A stretch of 61,114 nucleotides of DNA, counting the filler. It is 12 parts of 12 records of this genome, joined end to end, with 100 filler letters (N's around TTAATTAATTAA, not from the genome) between each part and the next. Parts side by side here need not be neighbours in the genome. Positions count along the whole stretch, not along the records: positions 7,012 to 13,679 come from SRR15195285_4150; positions 13,780 to 17,555 come from SRR15195285_4153; positions 17,656 to 23,022 come from SRR15195285_4158; positions 23,123 to 27,951 come from SRR15195285_4159; 8 more parts are not named here. One strand, given 5' to 3'. A program made the translations under genes and the position numbers. Of this stretch, positions 11,801-23,173 are shown in pieces (the stretch's first letter is position 1; every line of letters begins with the position of its first letter). The notes under the pieces are model-generated. The model saw only the letters and a list, made by a program, of their open reading frames with translations, had not been told where the DNA came from and searched no databases.

Positions 11801-13207
11801 TCAGTACTCTTCCGGCTTCTCGGCCATCGTGCATCCTATCGTAGCGTCGACAAGCAAGTGGAGTCAGCAACACATTGAAGCAAGTCAGGGACCCACCGTC
11901 GTTTTTGCGAGCAACGGGCATTTGCGGACAACATCAGAGACAGAAAACGCGCGGGGCGGAGGCGCACCGGAGCGCTGAATGATGTGGTTGGCAGCATAGT
12001 TCGCGGCCTTGACGCAGTCAGCCGTGTCCTTGCCTGTGGCCAGGCCGAACAGGAAGCCGCCCACCCAGGCATCACCGGCACCGTTGGTGTCTACAACATT
12101 GTCGCAGGGGATGACTGGGTGCTCGGTCACGCCATCTGCGGTAGCGATCAGGGCTGGCAGAGAGCCCTGAGTCACAATGGCCGTGCGAGGCTTGCCTTCC
12201 TTCGGCAACGCTTGAATTTTCGCGACTGTCTCCTTCATATTGCTCGGGTCCCACTCCATTTTCTTCGCGAAGGTCTCGAACTCTGACTCGTTCCCGAAGA
12301 CGTAGTCCGCGTACGGAAGCAGCGACTCGAGCACCGCCCAAAACGGCGGGACCTCGATCAAGAACGGGGCAGCGAGGTTGAGGCAGTAAGACTTGCCGCT
12401 GGCGTTGCAGTGCTTGGCCGCCGCGACCATGGCGTCCGGGCAGACCGTCATGAAGAAGCCGGACGAGTAGACAATCTTCGCGGCCGAAAGTGCGGCCTGC
12501 TGCGCCTCTTCGTTGAAATGCTCGATCTTGTAGTTGTTGGCCGCCTGCAGATCAGTGATCAGCGAGCGCTCGCCGTCGGCCGTCACGAGAACGGCGCACT
12601 TGCCCGTCGGTGTGCTCTGCACGCGAGGTGTCAGTATTGCCAAGGTCAGTGATACAGCGCACCAACCGTGCGGTCACGACAGAAGGGTCCCTCTCGCACC
12701 TCGTCCTCTAGGTAGTGAGTCTCCACTCCATCCTTGGCGGCGGCCGTCTTGAGCTGTTCGCCGTACTCATCCTTGCCGATGCACCCGATGTACGAGGTGG
12801 TGCCGGCAGTCTGGGACAACCACTGTGCGACGCGAATGCTGTTCTGCGTGGCTCCGCCGGCGATGTACTGCACCTCGAAGTTCGACACCATGTCCTACAG
12901 CACGGGCAGCCAGATCACTGACAGGTCGCTGCGCGGGTTACAGCACCGAGATGAACACGCACCGCATACACCTCGAGCTGCTTGTCTGTTCCGCCGTTCG
13001 CCGCGCCAGCGAGCACGGCGTCGTTGGGCTTGACGTCGTACTTAGTGAGCATCTCGGCCGGCACAACGGCGGAGATGTCGAGGAGCGGGTTGCCCTGCAA
13101 TGCAGCAGCCACACAGCCCACCCAACGCTCAGCCCCTGCCACCCACAGCAGCCCTCCCAGCCGCACAGACGGAGGAGATCCGCACGCACCATGCCGAGGA
13201 GAGACAT
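11801..13207 (-). CDS. ADK: Adenosine kinase (PfkB/ribokinase family)
   Basis: LLGM|GNPLLDISA, GGATQNSIRVAQW, PTGKCAVLV, FGNESE, VDTNGAGDAWVGGFL. Last intron 11967-11836 gives IIQRSGCTMAEKPEEY*. Confidence 0.95.
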
Positions 13208-13679
13208 CGCGTTCTGCGTGTGTGGAGGGGTGAGCGACTGCAGTTGGCGCCGGGAAGTCGATCAGCTCAGCGTACTAGTACGGTAGCGGCAGTGGAAGAG
13301 CGTTGGGTCCGATCCGTCCGCCGCGCCGCACCGCCGCCGCCCGCCGAAAATGTGAGGTTCCCCTTCCCGGCGAATGATCGGATTGATTTCCGACTCGCGG
13401 GCTGCCGAATGTCGTCACGAGCCGGAACATCCCGAAGTCGTGATGGCTTGAGAAACGGAGTCTGATCTCATTTCTCATCGACAGTCGCCTCAGTCGGGAG
13501 TGGGGAATTTGGGATTCCAACTGGCTGACGGTTTGGACAGCATCAAGTAGATCTAAATGATTTCTTTGACACTGCGTTCTCTTGATTACTATCTAAGGTT
13601 TCTAACTTGGGCTACTAGACATTCCTGTGCTGTACACGAATGTCGTGACTAAGCGTCAGACGGGTTTTGACTCTCTTTC

Positions 13680-13779
13680 NNNNNNNNNNNNNNNNNNNNN
13701 NNNNNNNNNNNNNNNNNNNNNNNTTAATTAATTAANNNNNNNNNNNNNNNNNNNNNNNNNNNNNNNNNNNNNNNNNNNN
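13680..13779. other. Artificial contig linker
   Basis: N44-TTAATTAATTAA-N44. Confidence 0.98.
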
Positions 13780-16700
13780 TCGGGGCTCGGCGGATTGGCG
13801 CAATTGACCAGCCTGTACCTGGATGGAACAGGATGCTACGGGGACAGCTCGCTGCTACCGAGCTCTGTCTCGAGCTACTCGCTACAGCATCACTTGGACT
13901 ATTGCTCCAGCAGCCACGACGCCTGCCCGGCCGGCCGCACCCCGGTCTCCATCCCGGACACCTACGTCGGCAGCAACGCGTGCGCCTGCTGCTCCGGCAC
14001 GCAGAAGCTGCTGGACAGCGGGACCGGGGCGTGCGTCGATCCGGGTGCGTGAAGCCTGGCTTTCTCTCGTTTCTCTGGCTTTCTCTCGTTTCTCTAGCTT
14101 TCTCTGGGTTTCCGCTGCTTCTTCTCCCAGCTAGTGCTTCTTCTTCTACTCCTTCTCTCCCCTACTTCTTCTGCCGATTGGCGCTTCTGCTTCTTCTGCC
14201 TACTTCTTCAGCCGACTGGCGCTTCTTCTGCTTCTTTCAGCTTCCCCTTTCCTTCATCTTCTGCTCAGTTTGTCAACACTCTCATGGATTGCATGGTTCT
14301 GGCATGGCAGATCCGTGCTCCGGCAACCCGGCCGAATGCAACGAGCCCCACCCGGCCGCAGTCTGCGCCATCCCGGCCAGTGATCCCGACGATGACGCGG
14401 CTCTGCTAGCACTCCCATACGCCCAGAGCAACCTGGGACTCCTCTCGTTCAAGTTCTGCCATGATTGCGCCTGCCTGGCTGACCACTGCCTCTGCGACGA
14501 GCTCCGGCCCGGCCTGCCCGGCCTGGATGACGCGTGTGGCACCAGCTGTGCCACACCCCGGACGCTGGAGCAGCGCGGATGCGTCTCCGCATCTTTACCG
14601 ACTCCGGCCTGGTCACAGAACGCCGAAGGGCAGGGATACGGCGAAGGGCAGGCACCCAGCACCCCGGCTGACGAGTACCCGTCCAACCGAGCCGTCTGTG
14701 AGGCCGGCACCCAGGCAATCGCTGACCGAACCGCCGGCTGGCTCGCCCTGGCCGCAGACTACATGATGCAGGCGGCGGAGGGAAATGCGGGCGTCATCGC
14801 GACCCAGATCTGCCTGGAGCGGCGCTATATCACTCTGGCCTGTCTCGAGGACCCGGCCTCGAGCCTGACGGATCTGCACGACCAGGCCTGCGCTCTGGCG
14901 GAGAGCTTGCGAACCGGATACAGGGTCGATCGGCTTCTTTCGACGACGGACGTGCCGCCACTGTCGCTGAGCACGTACCATACTACCTTCACGACTCTGA
15001 GCAGCTACCTGGGCACCGTGCAGACCAGCCACGACAGCCTCCAGGTCAGCTCCAACTTTCTGACGGCGCTATCCGCAGAGGTTGCCAAGGATTCTGCCGA
15101 TGCTGCTGACGAGGCCGGAGTCTGGCAGGCAAAGGCAGACACGGACCAGTCTCGGATGGATGTGTACCGCTCGCAAATTCAGGAGATTGACGCGACGCTG
15201 CAGCAGACCATGCAGACCATGCAGGTGGACGGCCCAGCGCTGCTGCAGTCAACGACTGACCAGATCGATGCCGCGCGGGCGGACTTTCATAGTGCTGCGA
15301 GCGGAGAAACCATGGCGCTGCAGCCGGCAGAACGGGCGCTGCTAGAGGCTCAGCAGGCGGATCTGCAGTCTCAACAGGCGGAGCTTCAGCAGCAGCTCGG
15401 CACCCACCGGCGCCTCCAGGACGACGAAGAGAACCAGCAGCTTCTGCACCGCCTCACTGCGGTAGCGCACCTGCTGGCATGGGTGCGACAGCGCTTGCAA
15501 GATTCGCCTAGTACTGGGGTTCCAACCACCGAGTCGACCTGTCCAGCATCCTGCGTCGGCGCCACTCCTCCCTCTTCCAACGGCTGCGGCAACGACTTTA
15601 CCGGATCCTTCCACAGCTGGGCGATGCAGGCACTGGAAGATGTCACGGGCTGCTATTCCGTACCCTACCTGATGGACGACATGCAACCGTGCTGCGACGC
15701 TCACGACATCTGCTACGGCACCTGTGGCGTCACGCAGGAATTCTGCGACCAGCAGCTGCACGAATGCATGCAGTCGCAAGCAGTCTTGCCCGCCTGCCAG
15801 ACCACTGTGGACACTACAGACCTGACGGTGCAGCTGCTGGGCTGCAGCCACTTTACCACCGCACAGGAAGAGTCAGTGGCGCCGCAGTGCCGAAGCAAGG
15901 ACGCGGACCAAGGCTGTGTCAACTCGTGCTCTGATCCCCACGCCTGCATTCACACTGCAGAGCACGTGTGCGATACCGTCGGCGCCCTCGCGGGGGCAAT
16001 CGTGGCAAGCCCTGTCGGCAACGCAGCGTGCACGGGGATTGATGTGGTTGCCGGCTTTGTCGGCGCACCCGGCCTCTGTCACGGGGCTCTAGCAGGGGTA
16101 CAAACAGTCGCCAGTGCCGCATCGTACGGCCTCTCCAAGATTGACGAGGCGTGGGATACCGTGAGCTCGTGGTTCGGGCGCCGGCTGCAAGAGTCGTGCG
16201 GTAGCCTGGACCCCGCGTCGTGCCAGCAGATGCAGCAGCAGCTGTCGCAGCTGCAGGCCAAGCTCCAGGCGGCGAAACGTCTCATCTCAACCGTGTCTTC
16301 CCTGGCTGCACTCAACACGCAGTTGCTCGGGCCAGACAACATTGACCCCGCCGCTCTGGCCAAGCTGGACATGAGCTTCCTGGACCTCGATATGCTGAAC
16401 GACCAGGTCCTCGTGGACAGCTTCTCCGCCGCTCTCGGCGACAGCGCTTCAACGTACGAGACCGAGGTCCGGCAAGTCGTGACTCTGATTCGGAGCAAGC
16501 TGGAGCAGATGCGCTCGTACTACGAGGCGGCGATCTCAAAGCGCGCAAACGAACAGCAGCGCGACCTGCTCGGTCGCCGGGCCGCGCGCGCGTCTCAGCT
16601 GGTCACGCAGGAGCAAGACGCCGCCGCCAAGCTGGAGAAAACTCAGCAGTACTTCGATGCCAAGCTACGAGCCTACAGCCACCTCGGCCTGCAGTACGTG

Positions 16701-17555
16701 TTGCGCGAGGTCCGGGCGTACGAGTACCTGTTTCTGCAGGAGTACACGGCGCTCGACATGGACCTTCTGCGGGGGGCGCGCATGAGCGGAAGCGACTACC
16801 ATGACTTTATTATCCAGGCGGAAGCAGATCTACAAGACGCGTTCACACGCGCTGCTTCGAAGGACAACAACGGCGGTGGCTCGTGTTGGTCGAGCATCAG
16901 CTTTCCCCTCAGTGACCTGCCGGCTGCCCACACCAGCCTGATCCAATCTGGCGAGCTCACAGTCAGCATCCCGCTCCCTGAGGGCTCGAGCTACTACGGG
17001 GTTGTCTTTACCGACGTGCGCGCGTACCTGGGTGGCTTGTCGTCTAGTGGCAAGGACAGCACCATCAGCCTCAGACTCGTGAAAGCCGGCACATCTGTGT
17101 TCCAAGGGCGCGACGGCAGGCAGCACAGATTTACGCACGACGAGACCTCGCCACCCATCGAATTCTCCTACCTTGCCAGCACCTGCGCACCTCTGTCCAA
17201 CTCTGACGCACGACTGCAAGGTGGCAACATGCAAGACGTGTACGTGCGCTACTCGCCGTATGGCACGTGGAAACTGACCGTCCCAGATCACGCCAGTCTG
17301 CAACTGGATGCTGTGACCGAGGTTCGCTTCGAATTCAACCTGCAGTTCAAGCCCGGCTCATTTGGCGGACATTCCATATTCTTCGACGGCAACTTGGGAT
17401 GCTTGAGCGAGCTGGGCGCGGCCGCATGTGTCGCAGACGGAGCCGTTGTGCCTGCTCCCCAACCACCCTCTCCGCCTTCTCACAGTGACACTGGCACTGG
17501 CAGGGACGACCCGATAGTGTGCACAGACTACAACGACATGAACACCTTGCTGACC
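13780..17555 (+). CDS. Partial large multidomain protein: LRR, Cys-rich, coiled coil, group XII-type secretory phospholipase A2, hydrophobic hairpin, coiled coil, beta-rich domain (toxin-like); truncated at both ends
   Basis: LRR end LAQLTSLYLDGT. Phase-1 intron 14045-14310 joins it to the long ORF. PLA2 motifs NGCG and CCDAHDICYGTC..CDQQLHECM..C..V.LLGC..F..AQ (about 15579-15890). C-terminal YSPYGTWKLTVP..LDAVTEVRFEF. Confidence 0.75.
14053..14270 (+). repeat. Degenerate pyrimidine-rich repeat inside a predicted intron
   Basis: Repeated ctttctctcgtttctct and cttcttctgc units; gccga(t/c)tggcgcttct occurs twice. Confidence 0.7.
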
Positions 17556-17655
17556 NNNNNNNNNNNNNNNNNNNNNNNNNNNNNNNNNNNNNNNNNNNNT
17601 TAATTAATTAANNNNNNNNNNNNNNNNNNNNNNNNNNNNNNNNNNNNNNNNNNNN
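17556..17655. other. Artificial contig linker
   Basis: N44-TTAATTAATTAA-N44. Confidence 0.98.
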
Positions 17656-18378
17656 CACAACTCGGGTGCGTAATGAGTGCGCTTGAACCCAACATCTACG
17701 TGCGTTTTGCTGAAGGGTATAGCCAGATTGAAAGTTGAGGTGCTGCGGTGCGATAGGGCTTGTCCGAATGCGGAGCGCGGACCAAGCGTTCGAAATGCCC
17801 AATATTTGGCATGCCGGTCTGAAGGCTAACAGACCAGAGACGATGCATACAGGTGGGCGATGGGCGTTGGTGACAGCAGAGCATGCCGCTCGCGTACAGG
17901 CGCAGGGAGGCGCGCCAGCGGTGCGTCCGCAGCCGCGATGCCTCCGATTACTGGTTAAGCCCGATAATACCGTATTGTAACCCCAAGAAATATCGCAACC
18001 CGTGCACCCAATGGATTAAGGAAGGATTTGGGATGACACTTTGCTGTAACAGGCGGAACGAATGGCACGGCTGAAGGCACATGCAGCGAGCCAGCAGCGT
18101 GTAGGCGCGTCAGTTGCGCAAGTCAAAGAATCTACTAAAGAACTCTTGCCGTGGGACTCGTTGTGCCCCGCTCGGTTCTGGCATGAAAACGAGCTGTGAA
18201 TAATTATCTATCTAGACGGCTGTGAAGATGTGTCTGTGGCAGTGGTGCTTGTTCGACATTCCAGCCCTGGTACAGGCTTTACATGCGCCCGTGGATGTAC
18301 CATCACCGTCCGGACCTCTGCTTCCATTCTCTTTCTTGCCTAGAAACCATAAGGGCCAGGATGATTTCAAAAGCAAAG

Positions 18379-19396
18379 TCAACCCGGAACATGTACCCAG
18401 CGCCCCCCCTGCACCACAATCGCGGTATGTCAGTAGAAATGGTCGGCTCCCAAGACCCCGAAAGCTCGTGATTGTGGCAGAGCGCACATCGCCTGCCGTT
18501 GTGCCCTTTCCTGCTCGCGCAGGTACTGGTGCTGGTGCTGCGACCGGAGTCTCATCTATCACCTCTGTCTGGTCCTGTATTTTCTCATCCGAGATATTTT
18601 GACCGCCTTCTTGTGATTTCTCGGTGTCACGAGAGGATTGTTTCTTCGACTTTTTCAATCTCTTCGGAGAGCCGACGGGAGGTGCCTGCACAGGTCCCAA
18701 CGAACTGTATCCGGTGCCACCCGTTTGATTTCGTACACCACCAGACCGCGCAAAGGCGATACCATCGGATATCAGTCCAGCCGTCGCACGCCACTGCATG
18801 TAGTGCGGATGGATCGCAAACATGCCCGCAGGACCTGTTCCATGTGGCTTTCGTCCTTGTTTCGAACCGATGGCAATACCACCCCCAAGATAACCTATCC
18901 CTATCAACGTGAACACGAGCAGAAACGCCGATCCCCAACCAGAAGCTGTTGCTGCTCGGCACATGCAGGGCTGCCAATCCGTACACGTGCACGTTGCCTT
19001 GCCGTTGGCACCTGGAACCCACTCTGGAGTCGGAGAGCCTTTTACGCATCCCGCTGGTGGAATCAGAAACGCCGACTCCTTACCACGGATCGAACAGCCG
19101 TCCACGACATCGTGATAGCCACCGTTGGGCCCCCACGTGATTTTGAAACCCCACAACTCCGCGGCTTGCTTGCACTCGGGCCCATCTTCGATGGCCGAGT
19201 GGCCAGCGTCCTCGCATGTGCCTGTTGTGACCTCCACGAAGTATGTCTTCGGGCGAGCGACCTGAAGCCGCCGAGAGTGCTGTTCCGCGACGGTGCCGTT
19301 GGGTAGCTCTGTGATGTATGAGGCTTCTTCGCGACGCTGCTGGACCGCGGTGAGGGGCAGCGCGCCGAAGAGCAGAAGCACCAGCCAGGCCTGCAT
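18379..19396 (-). CDS. Type I membrane protein: signal peptide, Cys-rich ectodomain, ATG27/M6PR-like TM and juxtamembrane tail
   Basis: Signal MQAWLVLLLFGALPLTA; RRLQ; Cys-rich domain; TM GWGSAFLLVFTLIGIGYLGGGIAIG followed by HPHYMQW..AGLISDGIAF. Intron 18487-18409 gives terminal GGRWVHVPG*. Confidence 0.6.
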
Positions 19397-20023
19397 CGTC
19401 AATCGCGCTCGCTCGGGCCCTCGCCTACCATATGGCCACAGTGCGCCATCCTCGTGAATGCTCACTGCATGGCTCAGCCTCGCAGACTGGCTCGTGCATG
19501 CTGAATGTGTGAATGAGGTCAGCATGCATGTACGATGCGGTCTACAGGATGGACCCCCGCGAATGAATGATTGAATGTGCCCGTCCCGACAACATGTAAG
19601 CGCTTGTAAGATGTAAGGTCCAGTGCCCAGGTTTCAACTTCAAGTCAACCCTCAACCGCGGCACTTTTTTGACACACGAGGCACTGTGTGAGAGCTCTAG
19701 CTAGCGCCGCGCGCGGGAAAAGAGCGCAGGATCAAGTTGGAGTGTATAGCCGCGTGGTGCGCCCCAGCTGCCTGTCCACAGCAGTAATGGCGGTGGTGGC
19801 GGCGGTGGTGACACTGAAGTCGGATCCATTCGAGTGCTGTGCTGTCGCGCTACTGGGAGCGTCCTCATCCACCCCACGCCGTCGATGCTGCCGCCGCATG
19901 CGAGCCACCTCCCGCTTCCTCTCACTCGGTGGGGCGGCTGCCAGGTCCGTCTACACTGCACGCATGGATCTGAGCACCTGTATTTTTTCATACGCCAGCA
20001 TCAATCATGTTGTGTAGCTAAGT

Positions 20024-20854
20024 ATGAGCCCTTGTGCCTCCAGCTGTGCGACGGTGATGACCATCTGGAGGATCTTGGGGAGCGCGGAGCCTGTGCCCCC
20101 TGTGCAGCTGCAGTTGATCGGGATGTATGCGAGCGTGGTTTCCACGAGTATCTTTATGCTGACTGCTAACTGTGACCGGCACGACCCGGAGTCCTTCGAG
20201 GTCTCCTACAAGCTGCTCCAGTTCGACCTGCTCTGGGTGTTTATATCTGGAGTCGACGCTCTGCTGCTCTTCGTGTCGTCCAGCATCCGCATTATCGCCA
20301 TTCCACTCACGCTGACTGCCGGCATTCTGGCCGCTTTCCACGCATTCGTCATCATGAAGACTGCTGTGATGGAACTTTACGGAGAATTCGCGCTGACGAT
20401 GCGGCAGATTCGAAACAACGAGCCCCTGAGGCCGGGGCAGAATGTGTATCTCGAGAGCGAGCCCTACCGCAAAAAGCGAAACGGTGGCTCGGGAGTGCTG
20501 TTGGACAAGGCAGATCCGGACGACAAGACGACTAATCCAGGGAAGAACAACTGGCGTGTGCAGTACCCGACGGGCGAGGAGGTGTGGCGAGATGACCTGT
20601 TGCACCACTGCGACGATTGGGCACTAACGGCAGCCTGGCTGATCGTGTTTGGTGTCACTTTCTACTGTGCGTGGCTGCTGGTGGACAACATTAGTGGTGC
20701 GAGACCTCTTCCACTGGTAGGAGGACAGAGTTCCAAGGCCAGCTGGTCCAGCTTGGGGATGCCTGAGGCCACGGTGTCGGCAACGGCAGCGATTGGCGAG
20801 CCACTGTGGGATGAGGATGAAGACGAAGATGATTTCTCTGATATCAGTTTATGA
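20024..20854 (+). CDS. Hypothetical multi-pass membrane protein (5' exon uncertain)
   Basis: 276-aa ORF with about 4 hydrophobic segments and an acidic tail; no family recognised. Confidence 0.55.
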   Translation: MSPCASSCATVMTIWRILGSAEPVPPVQLQLIGMYASVVSTSIFMLTANCDRHDPESFEVSYKLLQFDLLWVFISGVDALLLFVSSSIRIIAIPLTLTAGILAAFHAFVIMKTAVMELYGEFALTMRQIRNNEPLRPGQNVYLESEPYRKKRNGGSGVLLDKADPDDKTTNPGKNNWRVQYPTGEEVWRDDLLHHCDDWALTAAWLIVFGVTFYCAWLLVDNISGARPLPLVGGQSSKASWSSLGMPEATVSATAAIGEPLWDEDEDEDDFSDISL

Positions 20855-20973
20855 CTACTGCAGTTGGCAGTGTCTGCTGGACCGAGCTTCATAATGCCAC
20901 ATCACACCAGTTCCAACGATGTATTCTATGTACTTTCTCGCGAATGTGTTGTCTCTGTCCCCACAGCGTTCCA

Positions 20974-22576
20974 TCAGATAGTGGGACGCGTCTGATTTGA
21001 CTGAGAACGGGATAGGTCTTCCATTCGAGCGACCTCGCTTGCAGCTAGCAAGAAGTCACCCACACAGAAACTCGACGTACTGGTTGAATTGAAGTCATTC
21101 TCAGGCGACCCTCCACCTGGCTGACACCAACCGATCAGAGACGTGCCGTCTGAAACGCAAGCAAGAGGAGCGCGAGAGCAGTGTCAACTGCAACATCATC
21201 ATGACTGAAACCACAGCCAGAGAAGGTAACTCAGGTATTGACCTATAATCATTAATGAAACATCAAGCAAGAAGCACTGCCCGACTACCAGTGGTGGGGG
21301 TCTCACTCTGAAGAGCAGTCGTGGTCAGAAACTTCCATCCCTTCAACACGGCTCCAAGGTACGTCGCGCGAGGCGTTAACAATCTTTGATTCAGTCCGAA
21401 TGCTAGACCGTAAATTATACCCGCCGTGGCTGTGGTCTCCCCAGCAGGATAGTCCGCAGGGTGCAGCAGAGAGGGTCGCCACGCGCCGTCTGACCCAATG
21501 ATGCTGCAGAGTCTCGAGGCATGCTGCTGGAAAATCTGGACGTAAGCAGGACGATGTGGGTCGGCTTCGCCGAAGCGAATTGCGGCTACGAGTGCTCCGA
21601 TTGCCCAAGCATTGCCACGCCCCCAGAAAATCTCCGTTCCGACAAATCTCGAGTCCCGGTAGAATAAGTGTGTAGACTTATTCCACAAGCCGTATGACGT
21701 CAAGTTGTTTGGTGGCGCGAGGGCTGCCTGGTGAAAGTTAGTCCATTGCTTTTCAAACCACTCCGAAGCATTGTGCTTGTGGTCCTGTGCCAGTGTTCCA
21801 GGTGTGTGTGGCTGTTTGGGTCTAGGAGTTTGCGCAGCAGCTCCTAAGCGTGCGTATGTGTTCATCGACATAAAGAAGGCATCTACCCACGACCAGTAGG
21901 ACACTGACACAGGATCAGCAACCTCTTCCGCCAGTACAGCCGCTGTGTGCTCGACGAGTGTCACGTTGTTGGTCAGCAATGCGAGCTCAATATACGTTGC
22001 ACCACAAAGCTGCGAGTTGGCACCATGCGGACCACGAACACCACCGGCGACGTGGCGGCACTGCGGTGGACAGGGGCCACCAGAAGGCCAGCCTGACAGG
22101 GCTCCCAACGAGCGACGAGCGGCTGTGTTGGTCGTCTGCAGCGAGCACTGGCCACCGGCAAACGTGAAGTACGAGCAGCGTGGGTAGCCCAGCGCCCCGC
22201 AGCGCTCGCAACATTCGGCGAACGTTGACGCCGCGAACGGCTTTCCCGAAGGAGAGCCGGCGTACTCCACGTCTTGGACGGCGACCCGACACGAGTCGTC
22301 GCCGCTGGCTGTGCCTGACTCTGCGCATCGAACTTCCATGAAAGTCTTGCGGTCGTCAGCCTTAGGCGCGCCACACAGCCGGTAGCCTTGCTTGCGCGCC
22401 CAAGCTTCGGCTCCCTGCAGCGCGGCCGTATAGTTCGACGCCTTGTAGAACTCGACCGCGCCAAGAAGCAGCGTGCTGTCGGTCCAACTGCAGGAGGCCT
22501 CACCCAGTGGGCTCGTCGCTATGTAGGCGTCCAGCGCTCGCACACCCGCGGCGATCACACTACGCTTCGTCGGCAT
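20974..22576 (-). CDS. Glycoside hydrolase family 105 (unsaturated rhamnogalacturonyl/glucuronyl hydrolase) with inserted PAN/apple domain
   Basis: WSWVDAFFM, FWGRGNAW, DGAWRPSL..ETTATA..YGLA. Intron 21306-21150 adds IGWCQPGG..FCVGDFLLAASE. A probable signal-peptide exon starts at 22809. Confidence 0.85.
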
Positions 22577-23022
22577 AGGAACCGTCTGATCCGTCCCGTA
22601 CTCTCTGCGTCGTCAAAATTTCACAGTATGAGACAGTAGTGCTTCTCTAGAGTATGGCCACGCAATCAGGTGAACAAGCAAACGTACGGATCAGCCGGAA
22701 GGTCTACCTCGTGCTCGTGCGAGGAGTCAGCGAAGCCCAGCGTCACTCCATGTATGTAGAGTGCAGGTGCTAGCAGCAACAGTGCCATCCGCCGCCTGGC
22801 ACTGGTCATCGCCAGCCAGGGGCGCCCGCGCGCACTCTCTGTTGGTCACTCTCGCTCTCTCGACATCGTGCGCGCGCGCGCTACCGCGCGCGCGACCAGC
22901 ACGCGCCGGTATCAGCCAAGTTGTACTACATTATATATATATAGTCGATCGTCGCTCGCCCGCGCGTCTGTCTGGGTCGCGTCTGCAATAACAATTGTTC
23001 TATTGTCTATTATGATTGTTAA

Positions 23023-23122
23023 NNNNNNNNNNNNNNNNNNNNNNNNNNNNNNNNNNNNNNNNNNNNTTAATTAATTAANNNNNNNNNNNNNNNNNNNNNN
23101 NNNNNNNNNNNNNNNNNNNNNN
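23023..23122. other. Artificial contig linker
   Basis: N44-TTAATTAATTAA-N44. Confidence 0.98.
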
Positions 23123-23173
23123 TCGCGCACAGCGGCATCAGCGAGGTGGGTGCACTAATATCGGTCGCACGGA

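Noticed and set aside
13833-14310. Hydrophobic signal or TM region of the 1256-aa ORF
   Set aside because: Better explained as an off-frame exon plus a pyrimidine-rich intron.
17656-18074. Possible 3' exons of a truncated gene
   Set aside because: Several short frames are possible, with no recognisable motif and no unique splice solution.
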